DNA of 43,060 nt, taken from positions 1 through 43,060 of the forward strand of contig JBFRWD010000117.1 in the NCBI GenBank assembly GCA_051439425.1, written 5' to 3'. Within the stretch, counting starts at the first letter, position 1, and each line of letters opens with the position of its first letter. A model generated the notes under the pieces. That model had not been told where the DNA came from and did no database searches. It saw only the letters and a program-made list of their open reading frames with translations. Positions 22,890 to 31,060 of the stretch are shown here, piece by piece. This DNA is from Synechococcus sp. (GTDB lineage Bacteria; Cyanobacteriota; Cyanobacteriia; Thermostichales; PCC-7336). The translations under genes were made by a program, and so were the position numbers.

Positions 22890-24371
22890 ATGACTGCCAT
22901 TGGTTGCTCGAAGTGGACACAGGGGCTTGCCGCATCGCTGCTAATATTTGGTGCTTCAGCCCTCAGTGTTGATGCTGAAACCATCCGAATTTCAATCGGA
23001 ACGCAAGACCAGGTGATTAACACTGCAGTGGGCGGTGCCACCGTACGTGAACTGGAGTTACTCGAAAAGTACCTACCCACAGATGGCGAATACGAAGGGG
23101 TAGAGTACGACATTCAATGGTCCAGCTACACCTCCGGCCCGCCCATTACCAATAAAATGCTGGCCGACCAAATCGACATCGGCCTCATGGGGGATTTTCC
23201 TGCCGTAATCAATATGATTACGTTCCGTGAAGAAAGCGATGTTGAGACAACCTTTATCGGCACGCTTGCCTACAGTTCTAACGGCGCAGGGAATGCCGTC
23301 GTTGTACCGAGAACCAGCGACGCCAGCACCTTAGAAGATTTGCGCGGCGGAGTCGTCTCCGTTCCGTTTGGTTCGGCAGCCCACGGCATGCTGCTGAAGG
23401 CTCTCCAGGATGCAGGTATCGACCCCGAGAACGACCTCCGGCTCATCAGTCAGGCACCTGAGGTCGGGGGCACCAGCCTACGCACTGGCCAAATTGATGC
23501 GCACGCTGACTTTGTACCATTTGGCGAGCTGTTTCCCTTCCGAGGATTTGCTCGCAAGATCTTTGATGGCGCACAAACCGGCGTACCGACCTTACATGGC
23601 ATTGTGGTTCGGGATGATTTCGCAGAAGAGCACCCCGAAATTGTGGTGGCCTTCATGAAGGCGATGCTGGAAGCCAACCAAACATTCCGCGACACCCCAG
23701 AGGCTGTTTCCGCTCAAATTGAGGAATGGTCGGGCATCGACAAAGAAGTGGTCTACATGTTCCTCGGTCCTTCAGGCTTGCAACCCCTTGACCCCACCAT
23801 TCGCCCCGTTCATCTAGAAGCGCTGCAAAATAGCATTGCCACGCTCATTTCTCTGGGCAAAGTCGACCCTGAAATTAACCCAGAGGATGTCAATGGCTGG
23901 GTGGATGAAAGCTTCTTGCAAACCGCAATGGATGAGATGGGACTCGAGTACGATGCGGTTGTAGACGCCGGCGCTACTTATCAAATCGAAGGTAACGACG
24001 CCCTCACCGATGAACCCATTACTGACCCCACATTGGCGGCGCAGTTTTGGGTCCAAGGCGAAGATACAGTTACAAACTTCGCCACAATTGAGAACATGAT
24101 TGGCGGCTTGGATCAATTGCTAGATGAGGGCAAAGCAGCTGACGTCATGTTCGTTCACGATCGCGAAAATGGCTGGAAGCTATTTGCAGAAAATTCATAC
24201 TACGTCCAAGACGGAGAAGAGATTTCTGCCTTTCTCCTCAGAGAAGATGCAGAAGCGTTTGCAGCATCAACAGGGGGAGAAGTCACCGACTTTGGTGGGT
24301 TACAAGAAGCGCTAGCGGTAAGTAGCGATGTCGTAAACAGTGAGGTGGCCAGTATCAACTTGTCAAACTAA
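22890..24371 (+). CDS. ABC transporter substrate-binding protein, SsuA/TauA/NMT1-type, with a C-terminal NosL-like extension
   Basis: Sec signal peptide (VDA-ET); TSGPPITNKML...DIGLMGDFP and VPFGSAAHGML motifs; ~110 aa extra C-terminal domain. Confidence 0.92.
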   Translation: MTAIGCSKWTQGLAASLLIFGASALSVDAETIRISIGTQDQVINTAVGGATVRELELLEKYLPTDGEYEGVEYDIQWSSYTSGPPITNKMLADQIDIGLMGDFPAVINMITFREESDVETTFIGTLAYSSNGAGNAVVVPRTSDASTLEDLRGGVVSVPFGSAAHGMLLKALQDAGIDPENDLRLISQAPEVGGTSLRTGQIDAHADFVPFGELFPFRGFARKIFDGAQTGVPTLHGIVVRDDFAEEHPEIVVAFMKAMLEANQTFRDTPEAVSAQIEEWSGIDKEVVYMFLGPSGLQPLDPTIRPVHLEALQNSIATLISLGKVDPEINPEDVNGWVDESFLQTAMDEMGLEYDAVVDAGATYQIEGNDALTDEPITDPTLAAQFWVQGEDTVTNFATIENMIGGLDQLLDEGKAADVMFVHDRENGWKLFAENSYYVQDGEEISAFLLREDAEAFAASTGGEVTDFGGLQEALAVSSDVVNSEVASINLSN

Positions 24372-24377
24372 AACTCA

Positions 24378-24470
24378 CTACGAGGCTCTTGCCTCGTAGC
24401 CGCTACTACTGTTTGACGGAACTTAACTCGTTACTGTGCTTGAGTCAGCTGTTTGCATTCAGTTGACTCA
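24378..24470 (+). promoter_or_regulatory. Two intercistronic hairpins after the SBP gene
   Basis: ctacgaggc-tctt-gcctcgtag (perfect 9 bp, 24378-24399) and tgagtcagctg-N8-cagttgactca (11 bp, one G-U, 24441-24470). Confidence 0.65.
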
Positions 24471-24527
24471 TGCTTAATTAGATCCTCTTTTTATTTCACC
24501 CTGTAGTACTTACTCAAACACAGTGTT

Positions 24528-25388
24528 ATGGCATATTCCCGCACCCCTCCGGCAACGGCAGAATTATTGGAAAATATGCATCAGGGATATGTCAATCTCC
24601 GGTTCAATCTCTCCCGAAATTCTGCTGCGAGAAAGATTGCCTCTCTACTGCTATTTTTAGGGCTGTGGCAGTTATTTTGTGTCATTAATTTCAAGTTTCT
24701 GATTAACTTTCAATTTGTTCCCGCTCCTACTGAAGTTGTCACGGCTACCATTGAATTCTTCTCCTCAGGACCGCTCGTTCATTTCCGCTCTAGTATTTCT
24801 AGAGTGCTGATTGGGTTTGGGATTGCCGCTGTTTTAGGGATGATTTTAGGGATTGCGATTGGCACCTTCCAAAAAGTGGAAGACTTGTTGATGCCCGCTC
24901 TAGAAATTCTTCGTCCGATTCCCGCCGTTGCTTGGATTCCGCTGGCCATTCTCATGTTTCCCTCTGCCGAATCCGGCATGGTTTACATTACGTTTATTGG
25001 CGGTTTTTTCCCCATTTTAATTAGCACCATTCGCGGTGTGGAAAGCATGTTAGGAGATACTGTTCTGCTCCGGGTTGGGCAGTGTTTGGGAGCCAGGCCG
25101 TGGGATGTATTTAAAGACATTGTGGTGCCGGGAGCGTTACCCAGTATTGCGAGTGGTTTAGCGATCGGTATGGGTAATGCCTGGTTCTGTTTAGTTACGG
25201 CTGAAATTTTGGCCGGACGCTACGGCATTGGCTACATTACGTGGGAGTCGTACGTTACCTCAAACTTCCCGCCTATTGTGATGGGGATGCTGCTGATTGG
25301 ATTGATGGGGGCATTTAGTTCTTGGGCGATCGATCGCGTTATGTCGATGTTGATGCCTTGGCGGCGGTTGCAGAAGAAAGGGGTATAG
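24528..25388 (+). CDS. ABC transporter permease, SsuC/TauC/NrtB-type
   Basis: LRPIPAVAWIPLAIL, EAA-like loop GQCLGARPWDVFKDIVVPGALP, and LVTAEI. Confidence 0.95.
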   Translation: MAYSRTPPATAELLENMHQGYVNLRFNLSRNSAARKIASLLLFLGLWQLFCVINFKFLINFQFVPAPTEVVTATIEFFSSGPLVHFRSSISRVLIGFGIAAVLGMILGIAIGTFQKVEDLLMPALEILRPIPAVAWIPLAILMFPSAESGMVYITFIGGFFPILISTIRGVESMLGDTVLLRVGQCLGARPWDVFKDIVVPGALPSIASGLAIGMGNAWFCLVTAEILAGRYGIGYITWESYVTSNFPPIVMGMLLIGLMGAFSSWAIDRVMSMLMPWRRLQKKGV

Positions 25389-25394
25389 GGGTTG

Positions 25395-25488
25395 GGTCGT
25401 TGGTCATTAGTCACTGGTTATTTCGAGGAACAAAGGACTAAGGACTAAGGACTAAGGACTAAGGACTAAGGACAAATGACCAAGGACA
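25395..25488. repeat. Bipartite heptamer tandem repeat (STRR-like), copy 1
   Basis: ggtcgtt-ggtcatt-agtcact-ggttatt, a spacer, then (AAGGACT)x5 at 25433-25467 plus aaggaca-aatgacc-aaggaca. Confidence 0.9.
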
Positions 25489-25565
25489 AGACAAATCCAT
25501 TACAATTCCCATCAAGAATCTCACATCTAGAAAACCTCACATCACCAACCATTTCGAGAACCATC

Positions 25566-26399
25566 ATGCAGACTTCCCAGAAACCAACTGCTGTTTCTCC
25601 AATGCAATCTCAACACCGTAAAGGCTTCGTCGAGGTTGACGATCTGTCTGTATCGTTTCGCAGTCGAGATACGGTGCACGAAGTTCTGCATTCCGTTCGC
25701 TTCCGAGTCAACCCTGGTGAATTTGTTTGCTTGTTGGGACCTTCTGGGTGTGGAAAGTCGACGCTGTTAAATGCGATCGCTGGATTTGTCGCCCCCACCC
25801 AAGGGTCAGTGTCTGTGGATGGAAATCGCGTCACCCGTCCTGGCGCCGATCGAGGATTTGTATTTCAGCAATATTCGCTTCTGCCCTGGAAGACCACATT
25901 TCAGAATGTGGAAATGGGCTTGAAATACCAAAAGATGCCCAAGGGAGAGAGACGGGAGCTTGTCGATCGCTATCTCAATCGGGTGGGGTTATACAAACAT
26001 CGAAATTCCTATCCCCACCAGCTATCTGGAGGTATGCAGCAGCGGGCCAGCATTATCCGGGCGCTGGTCAATTCTCCTGCAGTGTTGTTGATGGACGAAC
26101 CCTTTGCCGCTCTAGATGCTCAAACTCGCCACATGATGCAGGAACTACTGCTGGATATTTGGGATGAGGACAAGACCACGATTGTATTTGTGACTCACGA
26201 TATTGAGGAAGCGGTATTTTTGGGCGACCGCATTCTCGTAATGGGCGTCAATCCAGGTCACATTAAGGAACAAATCAACATTCCCCTCCAGAGACCTCGC
26301 CATATTGACGACATGCTTACTCCTGAATTCACTCAGCTTAACCGCCAGGTATTTGACTTAATTCGGGAAGAAACTCTCAAGAGCATGGAAGTCGAATAG
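25566..26399 (+). CDS. ABC transporter ATP-binding protein, SsuB/TauB/NrtD-type
   Basis: GPSGCGKST, LSGGMQQR, LLMDEPF and VTHDIEEA motifs. ATG 25566 preferred because the upstream ATG at 25476 lies inside the repeat. Confidence 0.96.
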   Translation: MQTSQKPTAVSPMQSQHRKGFVEVDDLSVSFRSRDTVHEVLHSVRFRVNPGEFVCLLGPSGCGKSTLLNAIAGFVAPTQGSVSVDGNRVTRPGADRGFVFQQYSLLPWKTTFQNVEMGLKYQKMPKGERRELVDRYLNRVGLYKHRNSYPHQLSGGMQQRASIIRALVNSPAVLLMDEPFAALDAQTRHMMQELLLDIWDEDKTTIVFVTHDIEEAVFLGDRILVMGVNPGHIKEQINIPLQRPRHIDDMLTPEFTQLNRQVFDLIREETLKSMEVE

Positions 26400-26447
26400 A
26401 GACTTTAGGACCTCACACTACCTCACACTAATTTTGAGATTTTTAGG

Positions 26448-28478
26448 CTAGTTCTTGACAGCCGCCGTCATAAAATCAGCATCGATCCAGCGACCGAGAT
26501 TGAGACTGGCAAACTGGCAATCGTCAGTGGCAGATTGGTAGTGGTTAACATGTTCCACAATCCAGTCGGTACGGATCTGAGTATCGGGGAAGTACAGTCC
26601 TTGCGAATATTGGGTGGGACTGGTGCCCAATATACTATCGATAATACGTGGAGCACTGCGGGTCCATTGGCTTAATTTTTGGCTGGAATTCGGCACTGTT
26701 GCTTGCCAATGCTGAGCTGCCACTAATCCTTTTAAATAACTAACCACCAGATCGGGATGCTCGTCTGCAAATCCTTTGCGAGCCACCACACCATAAAATG
26801 CAGGCAAACCGCTGACATTGCCATCAAATAAATATCGGAACTGATTGCGCTCCAACGCTAATTCGTGAAATGGCGAAAAGTGGGCGTAGCCGGCTATTTC
26901 GCGATCGGACATGACAGCGCGATTCGCTCCATCCATCTTGCGAGCGTTCTCCACAGGAACTAGTTCCACATCTGACGACAATCCGTGCTGGTGCAGCACG
27001 CGCAGCACCATACCGTGCGCTGCCGAGCCGTTGGGAATCGCCAACGCCAGTCCTCGTAAATCGTCGATCTCGTTGACAACAGAATGCTGCGGTACGATCA
27101 CGGCATTTCGACATCCGTCGGGGTTAACCGCTACAAATCCAATCAGAATTGTTGAATCTTCCCCAGCACCCCGCTCCTGGTTGCGCTGAGCGCTCAATAG
27201 CATTGGATAATCCCCCAATATCCCCAGGTCGAGTTGGCCGCAGTGCAATCCATCCACTATGGGCATGCCGGTGGAATAATTTTGCCAGCGCACGTCAAAT
27301 TGAGACGACGCGTACCGTCCTGCTTTGGGTAGATAGTGGTTCAATAACCCCAATTTCTGCATCACAATGCCAGCTGATGCAGACGGAAGCGTTTGATTCT
27401 GCACGCCAATCCGAATGGGTAATGTCTCTGTTTTGTCGATCGTACGAATTGAGGTGGTGTGAGCTGGAGCATCCATCGCAGGTGCAGCACCTCTGAGACT
27501 TGATGCGCCTGTGAATGGGTCCGCTAGCTGACTGTCCCGAGCATTGCGATCCAACAACGTCAGCAGTTTCTGCACGGGGGTCTCGGATTGACTTCGCTTA
27601 CCTACCGAGCGTGCCGATGCCTGCAAACTGTCAAACGTGCGCGACGGGAGGGCCACAAATATAGGAGACGGCAGCGGGAATTCATGGATGGGAAGAGCAC
27701 GCAGTTGTGCAGCAGCAATCTCCGACTGGAAACATAAGGTGGAGGCAAACCCCAAATAGCCACCGGATTCGATGTACGCCTTCATGAGGGCTTCGGTTTC
27801 GGCTATTTCCACTGTCTCCAATTGCTCGATCGCCAGCCCGATATCGGCCAACCGTTGTGCGAACACAGACTGCGCAATGGAATCTTGGCGGTTCAACACC
27901 CATCGTTCCGCTGCCACTTCCGACAGACTGAGGCGATCGCGCATCGCCCAGGGGCTACTGGGTGCACAAATAACGGTGTATTGAATGGACGAAATTGGTT
28001 GAGAGTGGATCTCCTGAGAGTCGCTAAAACTAACTTCTGAAATTCCCAGGTCGGCTTCGGATGATGTCAGCGCGTGATAGATATCTTGGCTGATATTCAC
28101 AATCTTCAGATCGATCTCGATCTCGGGGTTCTGTTCTCGAAACTGAACTAATGGGTTGGCAATATACCCAGTAGCAATCGCCGAAGAGCAGGCAATTTTT
28201 AACACCCCCTTACATCCTTTTTTGTAAGTCTCTAGCTCTTGGTTCAGGGCAGCTTCACGTTCGACTAGATCCGTTGCCCCATCCAGTAAAAATTCACCCA
28301 TCTCGGTCAACTTGACCGTTCGACCCAGGCGATGAAATAAAGGGGCTCCAATGTCCGACTCTAATGACTTAATTTTTGCACTCACGGCTGGCTGGGTTAA
28401 GTTCATCGAGCGTGCCGCTTCAGTGAAACTGAGATATCGAGCCACCTGCAAAAAAACTTTTAGCTGGTAGATTTCCAT
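26448..28478 (-). CDS. LysR-family regulator fused to a C-terminal SsuA-like substrate-binding domain
   Basis: LysR HTH (LKVFLQVARYLSFTEAARSMNLTQPAVSAKIKSLE) and effector domain, a linker, then IRIGVQNQ...GILGDYP...IPNGSAAHGMVL, homologous to the SBP at 22890. Confidence 0.92.
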   Translation of the reverse strand: MEIYQLKVFLQVARYLSFTEAARSMNLTQPAVSAKIKSLESDIGAPLFHRLGRTVKLTEMGEFLLDGATDLVEREAALNQELETYKKGCKGVLKIACSSAIATGYIANPLVQFREQNPEIEIDLKIVNISQDIYHALTSSEADLGISEVSFSDSQEIHSQPISSIQYTVICAPSSPWAMRDRLSLSEVAAERWVLNRQDSIAQSVFAQRLADIGLAIEQLETVEIAETEALMKAYIESGGYLGFASTLCFQSEIAAAQLRALPIHEFPLPSPIFVALPSRTFDSLQASARSVGKRSQSETPVQKLLTLLDRNARDSQLADPFTGASSLRGAAPAMDAPAHTTSIRTIDKTETLPIRIGVQNQTLPSASAGIVMQKLGLLNHYLPKAGRYASSQFDVRWQNYSTGMPIVDGLHCGQLDLGILGDYPMLLSAQRNQERGAGEDSTILIGFVAVNPDGCRNAVIVPQHSVVNEIDDLRGLALAIPNGSAAHGMVLRVLHQHGLSSDVELVPVENARKMDGANRAVMSDREIAGYAHFSPFHELALERNQFRYLFDGNVSGLPAFYGVVARKGFADEHPDLVVSYLKGLVAAQHWQATVPNSSQKLSQWTRSAPRIIDSILGTSPTQYSQGLYFPDTQIRTDWIVEHVNHYQSATDDCQFASLNLGRWIDADFMTAAVKN

Positions 28479-28493
28479 CAATGAGCCCTACAG

Positions 28494-28594
28494 ATAGAAT
28501 TGATTTATGGATGGATTTCAGGTCGCGATAAGAGAGCTATTCTAAGGACGAAAAGACCGATCTAAACTAATACAAACGTAAATTTCGAAATTTA
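28494..28594. promoter_or_regulatory. Divergent promoter region: LysR-type box and a perfect 16-bp palindrome
   Basis: ATA-N9-TAT (T-N11-A) at 28494-28508; TAAATTTCGAAATTTA at 28579-28594. Confidence 0.5.
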
Positions 28595-28713
28595 GTTCCC
28601 TAGCGATCGCCGGACAAATTTTCAGCAGCATTGCTACAGCGGTATAGGGATTCGCTTGGTGTATCCGAGCGAACATTCGACTGGACCTTTATAGCCCCTT
28701 TTCTCTGGGAGAA

Positions 28714-30459
28714 ATGTTTATGGTGAGCACGTTTACGGCAGGTACGCATACGGCGGGTACCCAGAGATTGCAAACCGATGTGCTGGTCGTTGGAGGCGGT
28801 ACAGCCGGAACAATGGCTGCTATCAAGGCGAAGCAAGCCAATCCCGAGGCCGACGTGCTAGTTCTGGAGAAGGCTAACATCCGTCGTAGCGGCGCGATCG
28901 CTATGGGCATGGACGGTGTGAACACCGCAGTTATTCCCGGAAATTCCACGCCCGAACAGTACGTCCGCGAGATCACCATTGCCAACGACGGTATTCTCAA
29001 CCAGGAAGTGGTGTATCAGACGGGCAAGCTGGGCTACGAAGTTATCCAGGAATTGGATAGTTGGGGGGTAAAGTTTCAGAAGGACGCCTACGGTAATTAC
29101 GATCTCAAACAAGTGCATCGTGTGGGTAAATATGTACTCCCGATGCCGGAGGGCAAAGACCTCAAGAAGATTTTGACCCGTGAGGTCAAGCGTCACAAAG
29201 CTAAAGTTATCAACCGAGTTATGGCCACCCGGGTGATTGTTAGCGATGGGCGAGCCACTGGGGTAACGGGCTTTGATGTTCGCAATGGCGATTTTGTCAT
29301 TATTCAAGCCAAAGCCGTCATTCTTTCCACCGGAGCTTGTGGACGATTGGGTCTCCCTCAATCGGGCTACCTCTACGGCACCTACGAAAATCCCACTAAC
29401 GCCGGTGATGGCTATGCCATGGCCTACCATGCTGGGGCCGAGCTCAGCAATATTGAATGCTTCCAAATTAATCCGCTGATTAAGGACTACAACGGGCCGG
29501 CTTGCGCCTATGTCGCCGGCCCCTTTGGTGCCTATACCGCTAATGCTGAAGGGAATCGCTTCGTCAGCTGCGATTACTGGAGCGGCCAGATGATGCTGGA
29601 GATCTATAAGGAACTCCATTCCGGACGCGGCCCCATCAGCCTCAAGCTGAATCACTTGGACGAGGACACCATTTCCGAGATCGAAGAGATTCTCTGGGCC
29701 AACGAGCGGCCCAGTCGCGAACGCTTCCACGAAGGTCGTGGCGAGAATTATCGCACCCACGGCGTCGAGATGGAAATTTCCGAAATTGGTCTCTGCAGCG
29801 GTCACAGTGCTTCGGGGGTACGTGTCGATGCTAAGGCTGCAACTACAGTTCCCGGTCTGTACGCGGCGGGAGATATGGCCTCCGTCCCCCACAACTACAT
29901 GATTGGAGCCTTTGTCTTCGGTCGCATTGCCGGAACCAACGCGATTGAATACTGTCGCGAGCTTCCACATGTAGAGCCCGACCCCGATTTCATTGCGGCA
30001 GAGATGGAGCGTATCTACCGTCCTCTCAAGCAGCCGGAGGGAGTGCCCCACACCCAGGTGGAATACAAGCTGCGTCGGTTTGTGAATGACTATCTCCAGC
30101 CCCCCAAGAACACCCACAAGATGGAGATTGCTTTAGACAAGTTCGTGAATTACTATTCCACTCTCGATTTGATGGGGGCTCGCGATCCGCACGAGCTGAT
30201 GCGCTGCATGGAAGTGCATGCCATTCGTGACTGTGCAGAGATGGCGGCTCGCGCCTCTTTGTTCCGCAAAGAGAGTCGCTGGGGTCTGTACCACTATCGA
30301 GTGGATTACCCCGAGAAGAACAACGACGAGTGGTTCTGCCACACCCATCTCAAAAAGGACGAGTCGGGGGAAATGACGATCGCCAAAGCCCCGATCGAAT
30401 CCTACGTAGTGGATGTGGATCTGGAGAGTGAAACCTACGACGTCGCGATTAATGCCTGA
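28714..30459 (+). CDS. FAD-dependent oxidoreductase of the SdhA/FrdA/AprA family, APS-reductase-alpha-like
   Basis: DVLVVGGGTAG FAD motif, RSGAIAMGMDGVN (cf. AprA RSGAVAQGLSAIN), NAGDGYAMAYHAGA, GLYAAGD, RKESRWGLYHYRVDYP. No SdhA-type flavinylation His motif (SHT). Confidence 0.9.
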   Translation: MFMVSTFTAGTHTAGTQRLQTDVLVVGGGTAGTMAAIKAKQANPEADVLVLEKANIRRSGAIAMGMDGVNTAVIPGNSTPEQYVREITIANDGILNQEVVYQTGKLGYEVIQELDSWGVKFQKDAYGNYDLKQVHRVGKYVLPMPEGKDLKKILTREVKRHKAKVINRVMATRVIVSDGRATGVTGFDVRNGDFVIIQAKAVILSTGACGRLGLPQSGYLYGTYENPTNAGDGYAMAYHAGAELSNIECFQINPLIKDYNGPACAYVAGPFGAYTANAEGNRFVSCDYWSGQMMLEIYKELHSGRGPISLKLNHLDEDTISEIEEILWANERPSRERFHEGRGENYRTHGVEMEISEIGLCSGHSASGVRVDAKAATTVPGLYAAGDMASVPHNYMIGAFVFGRIAGTNAIEYCRELPHVEPDPDFIAAEMERIYRPLKQPEGVPHTQVEYKLRRFVNDYLQPPKNTHKMEIALDKFVNYYSTLDLMGARDPHELMRCMEVHAIRDCAEMAARASLFRKESRWGLYHYRVDYPEKNNDEWFCHTHLKKDESGEMTIAKAPIESYVVDVDLESETYDVAINA

Positions 30460-30649
30460 TGCTTTCTCAGGCTCACTGTCCTGCTAAATCTTCGGGCTTA
30501 CTGCCTGTGCAACTGCTTGCAAGTTATCGCCTTTCAGTAAGCCTGGTAGATTATGTAGCGACTGATTGACTGAAACTCAGTAACCCACTTGTTGGTTCAA
30601 AACACGATCACCCAACCCCAATCGTTTTAAAACTGGAGCTCCCTTCCGA

Positions 30650-30877
30650 ATGGCCTTAACTTCTCAACGTGTCGATGTCCCCGTCATTGTGGACGAGTCC
30701 AAATGTCTGGAAAAATGTACCGCCTGCATTGAAGTCTGTCCATTAGACGTACTGGTCAAAAATCCCGAAACCGGCAAAGCCTATATGAAGTATGACGAAT
30801 GCTGGTTTTGCTTGCCCTGCGAAAAGGAATGCCCAGTGGATGCGATTACCGTGCAGATCCCGTTTTTGTTGAGGTGA
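30650..30877 (+). CDS. 2x[4Fe-4S] ferredoxin, AprB-like small subunit
   Basis: CLEKCTACIEVCP and CWFCLPCEKECP; CW-x-C pattern as in AprB. Confidence 0.93.
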   Translation: MALTSQRVDVPVIVDESKCLEKCTACIEVCPLDVLVKNPETGKAYMKYDECWFCLPCEKECPVDAITVQIPFLLR

Positions 30878-30883
30878 TGGGAT

Positions 30884-30999
30884 AGTCCTTGATCCCTGGT
30901 CTTTGGTCCTTAGTCCTTCGTCCATGGCAAAGAACAAGCGAGTTCCTACCAATGACCAGTGACTAATGACTACTGACTACTGACGAGTGACTAGTAACC
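30884..30999. repeat. Bipartite heptamer tandem repeat (STRR-like), copy 2, inverted relative to copy 1
   Basis: agtcctt-gatccct-ggtcttt-ggtcctt-agtcctt-cgtccat, a spacer, then aatgacc-agtgact-aatgact-actgact-actgacg-agtgact-agtaacc. Confidence 0.85.
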
Positions 31000-31060
31000 A
31001 ATCCCCAACCCTCAAACCCACCACTTCTCCCAGCCAACCCCACTCAGGACACCCCCCAAC

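Noticed and set aside
25433..25488. Repeat array considered as a possible CRISPR
   Set aside because: 7-bp tandem units with no spacers and no cas genes in the window.
22890..26399. Calling the ABC system nrtABCD, cmpABCD or cynABD
   Set aside because: The SBP lacks the lipoprotein signal and NrtA-type motifs, there is a single short ATPase, and the context points to sulfur compounds.
26411..26430. cctcacacta x2, resembling the Yfr1 sRNA core (ACTCCTCACAC)
   Set aside because: Only a partial match, in a 48-bp gap between convergent genes, without the flanking stem-loops. More likely a 10-bp slippage duplication.
28858..30117. 419-aa antisense ORF opposite the flavoprotein gene
   Set aside because: Shadow frame of a well-formed, codon-biased gene, with no recognisable motifs.
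28714..30877. Calling the pair sdhAB/frdAB, or true aprAB of dissimilatory sulfur metabolism
   Set aside because: No flavinylation His, SdhB-type subunit or membrane anchors; no sat, qmo, aprM or dsr genes; active-site motif diverges from AprA.
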